A stretch of 64,000 bases of DNA from a virus: positions 1 to 64,000 of the IMG/VR virus record IMGVR_UViG_3300033153_009650, one strand, 5' to 3'. Positions 29,981 to 38,661 of this stretch are shown here, piece after piece; position 1 is the first letter of the stretch; each line of letters opens with the position of its first letter. The notes beneath the pieces are model-generated. The model ran no database searches. It had not been told where the DNA came from and saw only the letters and a list, made by a program, of their open reading frames with translations. The translations under genes and the position numbers were made by a program.

Positions 29981-30129
29981 TTTTTAGTCATGTATTTCTT
30001 AATTTCCTGATTAATATTTTCCCTTTTACTTAGGAAATAATATGAAAGTAATCTGTTATAAGCTTTAAGTTTATTTAATGCTTCCTCTTGGCTTTTTTCT
30101 TCCAACCAGGTAGCAAGAATAATTTTCAT
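29977..30129 (-). CDS. Small dpdA-coupled protein (50 aa, not in ORF track)
   Basis: ATGA-coupled to dpdA; MKIILATWLEEKSQEEALNKLKAYNRLLSYYFLSKRENINQEIKKYMTKK. Confidence 0.55.
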   Translation of the reverse strand: MKIILATWLEEKSQEEALNKLKAYNRLLSYYFLSKRENINQEIKKYMTKK

Positions 30130-31073
30130 ATCTCAAAACCTCCTGATGGTCTTTTTTTGAAGGGCCAAGGCCATTCTGGCATTGATTTTTCCAAGTCCAA
30201 AAAATAAATAATATTTAATTCATCTCTTTGTTTATAATCATTACTAAGTCCTGGTTCAATCACTGTTTCAACTATTTTGTCCTTTGACCAGCCAAAAGTG
30301 ACTCTTCCATCCTTGAGCCCATGAATTCCTCTTTGGGCATCAGCATCTTGTTTACCAAACCATCTTTCTCCATCCTTGAGTTTATAATTATTATCTACCT
30401 TTTTCAAATCTGACTTTCCTAATTTATATCCTTTTTCCTCGAAGTATTGAAAAATGATGTCCTGCTGTTTAGGAGAAAAAGTATTAAAATGTTTATTTAC
30501 TTCTTTTTGGGAAGGAGACTTACTTGATATAGCTACCTTCCAGGAATCCTCATCATAAATCCATTCTCCTTGTTTATATTTTGGAATGTAAATTGATCCT
30601 GTTCGACTTGTCATTACCCAGGACGTACTGTCTACACTGTACCAGGGATATCTAAGCATAAGTTTGAGAGAAGTTAAACCAAAGCCATGTATTTTATGAG
30701 TAGGTAAATAAGAATTGCTTTCAGGACATATTATAGAAAAGATGTAATCGTAAAATCTTGCCCTGACTGGAGTAGCTACTAAAGCGGCTCCTCCTAAACC
30801 AAAATATTCATATTCCAAAACTTTTCGTAAATATTTTTCATCTTCTTTAAAGTGATAAACTGGTAAGGGAGAGAGTCCTTGTCTTTCCATCTCTTTTTGA
30901 TTTTCCCAAGTTTTTTCGGGACTGTTTAAATCATCAAGATTAACATACACTTCTAAATATTGTTTATGCTCATAAATAAAATCTATATACTTTTGCAAAG
31001 AAATTTTTGCTCCTTTACTCCATGCACTGTAAGCCCCAGAGTCAAGAAATAAGTTTATTTTTTCCTTTCTCAT
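30126..31073 (-). CDS. dpdA: DpdA-like DNA 7-deazaguanine transglycosylase (TGT fold)
   Basis: LFLDSGAYS, NLD, PVYH, GLGG, KIHGFG, YSVDSTSW; clustered with folE/queCDE. Confidence 0.8.
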   Translation of the reverse strand: MRKEKINLFLDSGAYSAWSKGAKISLQKYIDFIYEHKQYLEVYVNLDDLNSPEKTWENQKEMERQGLSPLPVYHFKEDEKYLRKVLEYEYFGLGGAALVATPVRARFYDYIFSIICPESNSYLPTHKIHGFGLTSLKLMLRYPWYSVDSTSWVMTSRTGSIYIPKYKQGEWIYDEDSWKVAISSKSPSQKEVNKHFNTFSPKQQDIIFQYFEEKGYKLGKSDLKKVDNNYKLKDGERWFGKQDADAQRGIHGLKDGRVTFGWSKDKIVETVIEPGLSNDYKQRDELNIIYFLDLEKSMPEWPWPFKKRPSGGFEI

Positions 31074-31087
31074 AATGGTCTCCTCAA

Positions 31088-31765
31088 CTATATTTTTTCA
31101 AGAATGACATATATCCAATTTTGGGGTGCTTTGAAATATCTGATAATTTTAAAACCAAAGTCCTTTGTTAAAATTTCAAAGGCTTTTCTTGTTAACATAC
31201 AAGTATGCTCAAGATGATAAAACATTGGTATATGGGCATCAAATGAATCCCCATCGTTTGTGCTTATAAAGAATCTACCACCAAGTGTCAACATCTTATA
31301 AATAAGTCCAAAGGTTTCTCTAATGTCATTTATGTGCTCAACAACATCTACTAAGAAGACATTGAGATAAAAAAGATTCCTTCTATAACTCTCAATTGAA
31401 CCTATGTATTTACTAATATTACAATCTGAATATTCCATTCTCAATAAATCTTTTATTTCCGAGTAAAAGACCCTATATTTGGAATCTACTTTTCTTCTAA
31501 CTAAGTAAGTAAAATCACCGTCCGCTGCTCCAAACTCTATTGAGTCCCCATTAAGAATATAATCCTCGAACCAAGCATATCTGGCTCTTTGATGTAATTT
31601 TAATCCCTCATCCCCTTTATACCAATAGTCAGATTCATGATAAAACTCTATATTTACATTAGTAGATCGAAAGGTACAACCACAGTTAGTACATTTCAAA
31701 ATACCTTGTGGATAGATTAAATTTTTACATGATCCAGAACCACATATCTTACATCTTATATTCAT
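31088..31765 (-). CDS. Class I SAM methyltransferase with N-terminal Zn-binding domain
   Basis: CKICGS...CTNCG, IEFGAADG, DVVEH, GGRFFIST. Confidence 0.75.
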   Translation of the reverse strand: MNIRCKICGSGSCKNLIYPQGILKCTNCGCTFRSTNVNIEFYHESDYWYKGDEGLKLHQRARYAWFEDYILNGDSIEFGAADGDFTYLVRRKVDSKYRVFYSEIKDLLRMEYSDCNISKYIGSIESYRRNLFYLNVFLVDVVEHINDIRETFGLIYKMLTLGGRFFISTNDGDSFDAHIPMFYHLEHTCMLTRKAFEILTKDFGFKIIRYFKAPQNWIYVILEKI

Positions 31766-32397
31766 ATCTTCTCCAGGCTTTTACAATAAGATAAGGTTTT
31801 TTCACAATTACAAATTAAATCATTATCCACAAAACCACTTAGTTTTATTTTTCCATCAAATTCAGGTAAATTACAACAATATTTTTCATGTATTCTAATC
31901 AAGGTTATATAAGTTAGTAATGGAATATTACAAAGGCACTTTCCACATTTAGGACAAGGCATTATTCCACATTTAGGACAATCCATTACAGAAATATCAA
32001 TTTGAAAACCACAGAAGAAACAAGGATGTTTTTCGTCCGGAGAAATAAATCCATGTTTAAATCTCCAACATGAGTTATGAAAGTTGTAACTTAAATATTT
32101 TTCAAGATCTTCAGGAATTGTTGGAATGGCTTTATCATCAATCATTACATTACATACTGGTTTTCTTCCATACATTATATTAGTGTATTTTACATTGTAT
32201 TTTACTAACCATTCCTCAGTCATTTGTTTATCTTCAACATATCGGGCAGTAAAGAGAGTAATCATGTGTCCTAAGTCCACAAGTCGATTAATCTTACCTA
32301 TTGCCTTAAAGTTAGGGGTCCTGTAAGGATAATAATCTTTTCCCCATCCTTCTGACTCTAAAGTTAATACTCCATCAATGTCAACTAAGATAAGCAT
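31762..32397 (-). CDS. HAD-family phosphatase with Cys-rich C-terminal domain
   Basis: VDIDGVL, FTAR, KP, IDDKA; C-terminal CFFC, CPKC, CPKCGKCLC. Confidence 0.75.
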   Translation of the reverse strand: MLILVDIDGVLTLESEGWGKDYYPYRTPNFKAIGKINRLVDLGHMITLFTARYVEDKQMTEEWLVKYNVKYTNIMYGRKPVCNVMIDDKAIPTIPEDLEKYLSYNFHNSCWRFKHGFISPDEKHPCFFCGFQIDISVMDCPKCGIMPCPKCGKCLCNIPLLTYITLIRIHEKYCCNLPEFDGKIKLSGFVDNDLICNCEKTLSYCKSLEKI

Positions 32398-32977
32398 CTA
32401 TTTCCCACCATTTTTCACCTCTTGGATTTTCCATCCAAATATAAACATGATTATTTTTAATTTTATTAACACGTCTATAGTCCACTGAATTTAACTTTTT
32501 ATTAGAACATCCCCATTTGTGATTTGCGAGATTATTGATATCTTTATAATCGTTATTTTTTTTTGGTTTTGGAAATCCTACAATAATTACTTTACCATAT
32601 AATTTCAATTTATCTAAACATTTGAGAGCATCTTTCTCTCTCAAATGTTCAAAAATTTGCTGACCTAAAATAATATCAAACTTCTGGTTAAAACAACGCT
32701 TCCTTAGAATATAATCTACAACATCTATTTTATAAATCTCATTATAAATCTCATTATTTAGTTGGTCAAATCTTTTGAAGCTTCCAAGATCAATACCAAC
32801 CAACTGTATGTTCCAACCATAGACCATTCTCATTAGACTACCATATAATCCTTTGCCACATCCAATATCTAAAAAAGAAAAAGCTTTATAATTTAAACCG
32901 ATCATATAGTCTATTAATCCAAATAATTCACTCACTTGTTTTATATTACTAACGCCGTGTCCAAAAGGTCTTCCCAT
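32381..32977 (-). CDS. Class I SAM methyltransferase
   Basis: FLDIGCGKGLYG, VGID, FDIIL..IFEHL. Confidence 0.8.
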   Translation of the reverse strand: MGRPFGHGVSNIKQVSELFGLIDYMIGLNYKAFSFLDIGCGKGLYGSLMRMVYGWNIQLVGIDLGSFKRFDQLNNEIYNEIYKIDVVDYILRKRCFNQKFDIILGQQIFEHLREKDALKCLDKLKLYGKVIIVGFPKPKKNNDYKDINNLANHKWGCSNKKLNSVDYRRVNKIKNNHVYIWMENPRGEKWWEIDAYLS

Positions 32978-32989
32978 GTGTTCTCCTTT

Positions 32990-33643
32990 TTAAGTGAGAT
33001 AGGCATCCACTTCTCTTATAATTGCTACATTCCTCTCTGGTAAGTATTGTCCTTTTTTAGCCGCTTGATAATAATTTAACATTAGTATTCGATCTACAAA
33101 TTCAATATCAACTCCATGACTTCGGAGGACAGTCCATTTTCTAAAACAAGAAGGACAAGCTCCACAATAATTACTTACTTCAGTTGATGAGTAACAAGAA
33201 ATGGTATCGAGTAATAATTCCGGCTTACCAACATTCTTTATAAACCACTTGACAACTTCCGCTTTCGACATTAGCCAGAACGGACTGAATACTAAAATAC
33301 CTGGGTTCATAATAGATAGTAGCCGACTAAATTCTTTAAAGATAAATTCATTTTTGTCTGATACGACATCATCTTTAACTCCAGCAATACAAATCTCTTG
33401 ATCATACTTCACTGCAAGCATTGCTAAATACAAGTTTCTAAAAGGGATGTACGCTTTTGAACCGACCTGTCTACTGTTAAGATTAAGTGTATTGTCGATA
33501 ATTGTATCAGGTATCAGTTTTTTAATTACCCGTAACTCTCTATGAGTATAGGGAGTTCCTAAATCGAAATAAACAGTTTGAGGTTTATTTAAATAATGAT
33601 AAGCAACAAAGGAGTCTATACCACCAGAAAACAGTAAAATCAT
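32990..33643 (-). CDS. queC: 7-cyano-7-deazaguanine synthase QueC
   Basis: LFSGGIDS PP-loop, YIPFRN, TISCY...CGACPSCFRK Zn site. Confidence 0.82.
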   Translation of the reverse strand: MILLFSGGIDSFVAYHYLNKPQTVYFDLGTPYTHRELRVIKKLIPDTIIDNTLNLNSRQVGSKAYIPFRNLYLAMLAVKYDQEICIAGVKDDVVSDKNEFIFKEFSRLLSIMNPGILVFSPFWLMSKAEVVKWFIKNVGKPELLLDTISCYSSTEVSNYCGACPSCFRKWTVLRSHGVDIEFVDRILMLNYYQAAKKGQYLPERNVAIIREVDAYLT

Positions 33644-33652
33644 TTTATCTCC

Positions 33653-33994
33653 TTATTTTTGTTTTTCATTACAAAATTTTTTGTATCCAACTACAGAAAA
33701 AATATTAATTCTATCTTGCATATGTTCTTTAGAATTTTTTCCTACTCGTTCCTCGGAATGCCAGTAATCACCGAAAACTTCTATAATAAGTTTTCTTCCA
33801 TTTACATTTACAAAGTCTGGACATTTGCCTCGAATGATAAGACTTCCATCTCCGGCATATTTCCACTCGTTTGGAAAGTTTTCTTTATATTGGGCTATGG
33901 AAATATTATGTTTGAATAATAGATGTTTGTTAGAAATTACTTTGTATTTTTTCTTACATAATTGACAAATTACATAATCTTTATTTTCTATCAC
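33653..33994 (-). pseudogene. Degenerate homing-endonuclease-like ORF (Zn finger + Vsr/DUF559-type nuclease fragment)
   Basis: CQLC...HLLFKHNIS finger joined directly to PDFVN...IIEVFGDYWH; short, with truncated C-terminus. Confidence 0.55.
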
Positions 33995-34997
33995 TTGAAT
34001 AATCTCCTATATGTACATAACTATCGAATGGTAGTTTCCCAGCCTTGATATAATGGGCATCAATATGTGTCCCCCATAAACAGCCAGGACAATTTTCCTT
34101 TACAATAGGTTTCCATATGTCTTGAAATTCTTGCCAGCGATTGTACAACTCAGTTACACAAATTTTTTTACCCGATCCAAGATCAGGTTGAAAGTCATCG
34201 CAAGGGTAAACAAAGCCATCACAATCTACAGTAACCCATGAAGGAAATTCCTTATAATTAGCACAATTCCATGAGTAGTCTGTTAGTAGATTAGGATTGT
34301 CCCTTAATAAGTCAATGAACAGCCTACTTGTATGACATAATTCTCCCTGTTCCTTTAATTCGTATAACTCATTTAAGAAGGAGATAAACTGAACTATGTC
34401 TTCATTACGGAAAAGTAGTTCTTGCATTTCTGGATAATTTTTGCATTTGCTTCCAGGCTGTCCCCTATCCTGATGTATAAGGTCAAAAAAACTCCAGATT
34501 TTTTTCTGACTCATTTTTTTCACTGAATCAATAAATAGTTTATAGTTATTTCTTGTCAATGTTGTAATAGCCGCAACATCCCGAACTCGCCCTAACTGGA
34601 GAAATTGAGTTAAGGCGGGAACGGCGAGATCGTTTTTGAGAGAACTTGATTTGTCTATTCCTTCAATATCAAAACTCATTGATAAAGATTTTGCCCCAGA
34701 CAAATAAAGTTGTTCTACCTTGTTCCAAAAATTAGGTACCATTCCTGAAGTTATAACAGTTGTATGAATTCCTAAAGATTCGGTATATCCTACAACTTCT
34801 GGTAATTTTTCAAAATCGTATAAAGGCTCAGCCCCATAGAATGCAATGAATCCACATCCTATTTTTTTCAAATTATCAATTCCTTTTAACCAACTTTCAC
34901 AAGATAGGGAATTACTTTTTCCAGTAACCATCCCACAATAACTACATCTAAGAGGACAGATTCTGGTCCATAAAATTTCAGCTTTTACTATTTCCAT
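33981..34997 (-). CDS. Radical SAM enzyme with SPASM/twitch-type C-terminal cysteines
   Basis: CPLRCSYC, FYGAEP, DGFVYPCD, CPGCLW; TAATG-coupled to folE. Confidence 0.88.
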   Translation of the reverse strand: MEIVKAEILWTRICPLRCSYCGMVTGKSNSLSCESWLKGIDNLKKIGCGFIAFYGAEPLYDFEKLPEVVGYTESLGIHTTVITSGMVPNFWNKVEQLYLSGAKSLSMSFDIEGIDKSSSLKNDLAVPALTQFLQLGRVRDVAAITTLTRNNYKLFIDSVKKMSQKKIWSFFDLIHQDRGQPGSKCKNYPEMQELLFRNEDIVQFISFLNELYELKEQGELCHTSRLFIDLLRDNPNLLTDYSWNCANYKEFPSWVTVDCDGFVYPCDDFQPDLGSGKKICVTELYNRWQEFQDIWKPIVKENCPGCLWGTHIDAHYIKAGKLPFDSYVHIGDYSSDRK

Positions 34998-35560
34998 TAT
35001 CTGGTCCACAATGACATTAATTCACTTCTGGCAGCGAAACCTTTGTTAGAATCCTCCAAAAATATTCCTTTCAAAGAGCTGTATCCCATAATAGAATTTT
35101 GTTTTTCAACTCCTCTACAAGCAATACAAAGGTGTTTTGCCTCGGTTAGACACGCTGCTCCAAGAGGATTTAAATATTTCATTAAAGTATTAGTAACTTG
35201 TTCACCAATTCTTTCCTGTATTTGAAGTCGATGAGAAAAAATATCTAAAAGACGGGCCATCTTAGATACTCCAATAACAGGTCCATTAGGAATGTAAGCA
35301 ATAAAAGCATTACCATAAAATGGAAGTATATGATGTTCGCACATACTATAAAATTCGATATCCTTCAAATAAATAAGTCCTCCGAATTGTTCCTCTTCAT
35401 CTTCAAAGGTCTTGATTACATCTTCTGGACTTTCACTATATCCTGAGAATAAATGTTTAAATGATTCAATAACTCTCTCAGGGGTTTCAATCAGTCCTTC
35501 TCTACTTGGATCGTCTCCTGTTAACTTTAGGAGTTCGGTTACTATTTGTTTTTCTTTCAT
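34997..35560 (-). CDS. folE: GTP cyclohydrolase I
   Basis: REGLIETPERV, SMCEHHILPF, GVSKMAR, RLQIQER, HLCIACRG. Confidence 0.95.
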   Translation of the reverse strand: MKEKQIVTELLKLTGDDPSREGLIETPERVIESFKHLFSGYSESPEDVIKTFEDEEEQFGGLIYLKDIEFYSMCEHHILPFYGNAFIAYIPNGPVIGVSKMARLLDIFSHRLQIQERIGEQVTNTLMKYLNPLGAACLTEAKHLCIACRGVEKQNSIMGYSSLKGIFLEDSNKGFAARSELMSLWTR

Positions 35561-35585
35561 AAAGGCTCCTTAAAACAAAAAGGTT

Positions 35586-35632
35586 CTGGTGGGAATATTC
35601 TCAAGTTCTTCTCTGAAGATTTTTCCCACCAG
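35586..35632 (-). terminator. Hairpin/terminator immediately upstream of folE
   Basis: CTGGTGGGAA...TTCCCACCAG 10-bp stem, followed on the minus strand by AACCTTTTTGTTTT. Confidence 0.55.
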
Positions 35633-35663
35633 TCCTTATATCTTTAAATTTTTCCTTTCCTCT

Positions 35664-36155
35664 TTATGAGACCACTTTGAAAACGCCCTTGTTCTCTTTG
35701 ACTTCAAGTCCTTTATCCTTTTTGAGATGTTGGAGATGACCTTTAACCCTGCCTTCTTTTACTCCTAATTTCTCAGCGGCTTTCTCAATGGTAGTTCCTT
35801 TGAAAAAGAGTTCATCCAATGCGGCTGACTGAGAGCCAAGCTTATGGCCATATCTGCTTTTCTCTTTGACAGATTTTGCTTTCTTTTCTTTCGGAGGTTT
35901 TGATTCCGATGGTTTTGATTCTGGAGGTTTTGGCATTTCAAATCCCAGGACCTTTAAAGTAGCAATTGATTCTTTTGTCAACTTGTCACCAGGCTCCAGC
36001 ATTTTTGTGACCTTTTTGATCTCATTTATCAATTTATCTTTCGTGGTTTTCTGCGCTGTTGGTAAGGCTGGTTCAAGATCCATAAGGTTGTTCAGGTCCT
36101 TTGCCAATTCAATCAATTCCTTTACTGTGGGTTCATTATTTTTCTTTTTCGCCAT
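35664..36155 (-). CDS. Lys-rich DNA-binding protein with C-terminal winged HTH
   Basis: TTIEKAAEKLGVKEGRVKGHLQHLKK; basic composition. Confidence 0.55.
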   Translation of the reverse strand: MAKKKNNEPTVKELIELAKDLNNLMDLEPALPTAQKTTKDKLINEIKKVTKMLEPGDKLTKESIATLKVLGFEMPKPPESKPSESKPPKEKKAKSVKEKSRYGHKLGSQSAALDELFFKGTTIEKAAEKLGVKEGRVKGHLQHLKKDKGLEVKENKGVFKVVS

Positions 36156-36201
36156 TTTCTTTTCTCCTTTCCTTTTTTTTGATTAAATGGTTAATGACTG
36201 T

Positions 36202-36639
36202 CTATCTCTCTTTCCTTATAAGATTCCCTCCTTTAAGAATACTATGGATTTCAGGATTCCCAGACAGGTTGTCTCCAAAACGGTTAGTAAATCCAAATCC
36301 ATGTAATGTCCCTAAACCTTCATTTATCAAGCACGATTCATATATCTTTCGTAGAAGATCTGGTTGATTTTTTGGAAAATATTTTTTTACAGAATTTACT
36401 TGTTTAAGGAATTTTGTTGTTTTTGTTTTTGCTGATCCTTTTACAGATTTGATTATTGGATGATAAAAATTAACAAGCATATCCATTATACTCAAGTATA
36501 AACTTTTCAAGGAAGGATAGGGCCAGTAGTTAAGATTTGGCATACTTAACAAAATATCCGACATTATCTCGTTAGGATTGGCGTCATAAGGATAAGATCT
36601 TTTCTTGCCATTGATAATTATTAAAATAGATTCTTTCAC
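36202..36639 (-). CDS. Hypothetical protein
   Basis: GTG start after promoter box and AAAGGAGGTG. Confidence 0.55.
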   Translation of the reverse strand: MKESILIIINGKKRSYPYDANPNEIMSDILLSMPNLNYWPYPSLKSLYLSIMDMLVNFYHPIIKSVKGSAKTKTTKFLKQVNSVKKYFPKNQPDLLRKIYESCLINEGLGTLHGFGFTNRFGDNLSGNPEIHSILKGGNLIRKER

Positions 36640-36647
36640 TCTTTCAC

Positions 36648-36698
36648 CTCCTTTCTAAGTATTATATATTATTTTCAGATGTTTTTAATATTTTTTTT
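36648..36698 (-). promoter_or_regulatory. Conserved phage promoter box (copy 3) with RBS
   Basis: AATATTAAAAACATCTGAAAATAATATATAATACTTAGAAAGGAG. Confidence 0.75.
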
Positions 36699-36701
36699 GT
36701 T

Positions 36702-37373
36702 TTAAATCCCTCTTTTTTCAGAATCCCAAATGATTTTATGTAGTTGCACATTCACAGTCACGTCCCAAAACTTATCCTTTTTAATCATTGAGATTAAATC
36801 TGCCGGACTAAACTTTCCAAATACTGTGCTCAATGCCACATTAGCTTGACTCCCCAAATCTCTTAATCTGGAAACTGTTTCCTTTGCCAGATAGTATTCT
36901 TCTGGGCTTTGAAGAACCAACTTAATCCAATCACAAGAAGTCAAACGAGTAAAGTTTTTTGTAATCATCTTTTCCCAACACCATAACTTGTAATCAACAA
37001 TCCAACCAAAATTTTCGTCATATAAATCTTGGGGAAGCTCAATACTTCCATTTGTTTCTACTGTGACTTTATGCCCTTTATACAGAAGCTCTTTAATTAA
37101 AGGAATTAATTCTCTCACCTGCAATAAGGGCTCTCCTCCAGTAATCGTAATTTTTTTACAACCAATAGTCTTAACAAGATTAAAAATAGCGGCTTGTTCA
37201 TATATTTCCCCAGCATTTGCTTTCTGAGCATACTTGGTATCACAGTAAGGACATTTTAAATTGCATCCGGCAAAACGAATAAATGTTGACATTGTTCCTT
37301 GATGAAAAGTGCTAACTTCTCCGTCGATACTGGTAAAGATTTCGTTTATAATCATTTTCTTTCTCCTTTCCAA
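36702..37373 (-). CDS. queE: 7-carboxy-7-deazaguanine synthase QueE (radical SAM)
   Basis: INEIFTSIDGE, FIRFAGCNLKCPYCDT, ITGGEP, VETNG, QLHKIIW. Confidence 0.92.
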   Translation of the reverse strand: MERRKKMIINEIFTSIDGEVSTFHQGTMSTFIRFAGCNLKCPYCDTKYAQKANAGEIYEQAAIFNLVKTIGCKKITITGGEPLLQVRELIPLIKELLYKGHKVTVETNGSIELPQDLYDENFGWIVDYKLWCWEKMITKNFTRLTSCDWIKLVLQSPEEYYLAKETVSRLRDLGSQANVALSTVFGKFSPADLISMIKKDKFWDVTVNVQLHKIIWDSEKRGI

Positions 37374-37483
37374 AATAACGTTTCATTATAAGTTTCCATG
37401 TTATTTTTCTGAATGGAATTGATCCTACAGCTATATCATAATATGAGCAGTATGCTTATCTCCGGCAGCTAAGTAAATTTTCA

Positions 37484-37891
37484 TTAAGCCGTCACCTCTG
37501 CGTATGATGTTGGGGTTTCATAGAGACGAACAAAAGATATCTTTCCCTCTATCCTCATCTCCTCCCACCTATTCTGTAAACGACTCAGTATCCAAATAAC
37601 CATATTCTCCGCTGTTGGCATTTCCCAAGGGAAGTTAATCCCAAGTTGCCCGGGTTCTGATTTTAAATCATTGAGCAAAACATGATCAACATGATCAAGA
37701 ATCTCCTGTTTTACTATGATTTTTAAATGGGTAAAATCAATCACCATTCCCGAGTCATAGTCTATCTTTCCTTTAACTCCGACTAAAAGTCGGTATCCAT
37801 GGCCGTGAAGACTTTTACATTTTCCCTTATATCCCGGCAGACGATGAGCCGCATCAAAAGTAAATTCCTTAATCACTGTTACCTGATTCAT
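37484..37891 (-). CDS. queD: 6-carboxytetrahydropterin synthase QueD
   Basis: FTFDAAH, CKSLHGHGY, GMVIDF, DHVLLN, PTAEN, LYETP; start reassigned to MNQV. Confidence 0.92.
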   Translation of the reverse strand: MNQVTVIKEFTFDAAHRLPGYKGKCKSLHGHGYRLLVGVKGKIDYDSGMVIDFTHLKIIVKQEILDHVDHVLLNDLKSEPGQLGINFPWEMPTAENMVIWILSRLQNRWEEMRIEGKISFVRLYETPTSYAEVTA

Positions 37892-37997
37892 TTTTCCTCT
37901 CCTTTCGTTTATAGTTTTTAGCCATTTATATAATTCATCTCCGATAGCTTCTCTTAAGTTTTTTTCTTGATGTTTTGCTATATTTTTTATTCTTGAT

Positions 37998-38582
37998 CTA
38001 TACATCTCTCACTCTCTGGATTATGGCAATTTTGCCTTCTTCAAACTGAAATCCATTGCAGATTTCCTTAAGAATTATAGGAGTCTGTTTGTTTCTGCTA
38101 AATCCAATATTAACCCATCGACCGTTAAATGAAGTCAAGGCATTAATAATATATTTTGGATTAATCTTTATTTCAATCTTTTGTTTGATAGATTTATCTG
38201 TATCAATTTTTCCTTCCATTTTTCCTATGTCAAGATTTAAAACTTTTATTTTAAGACTACGTCCAAAAATAAGACTCATAGCGATATATCTTTTGTCTGT
38301 CAATATTTTGGCATATCTTGCCAGATGTAATAATTCAATTCGATTAATTCTTATTATATGATCAAAATCTTTCTGTAATATATTGCTAATATCTGGATAT
38401 TTCAGATTTTCACTGATGGGAGATAAAATTATAATATTCTCTTTCTTTTCTAAACTATATAACCCTTCCTCTCTCTGTTGACCAAAATAACCTATATGAA
38501 GACTATATCCATCACTGGCAAACAAATTTCCTTGTTTCACATATAAATAACCAAGAGATTTAAATATTACAGTTTCTTTCAT
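37998..38582 (-). CDS. Second, partial beta-clamp-like protein
   Basis: ASDGYSL, YPDIS, INPKYIINAL, TPIIL patterns of DnaN middle and C-terminal domains; only 194 aa. Confidence 0.55.
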   Translation of the reverse strand: MKETVIFKSLGYLYVKQGNLFASDGYSLHIGYFGQQREEGLYSLEKKENIIILSPISENLKYPDISNILQKDFDHIIRINRIELLHLARYAKILTDKRYIAMSLIFGRSLKIKVLNLDIGKMEGKIDTDKSIKQKIEIKINPKYIINALTSFNGRWVNIGFSRNKQTPIILKEICNGFQFEEGKIAIIQRVRDV

Positions 38583-38661
38583 AACCTTGGCACAAAATGT
38601 AACTGTATCAAAGTCAGATCTATTCCTTTTCCTGTCAATTCTAATTTGTTTTATTTTTTTT

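Noticed and set aside
35560-35664. preQ1 riboswitch upstream of folE
   Set aside because: A hairpin is present but I could not match the preQ1 consensus; recorded as a terminator-like stem only.
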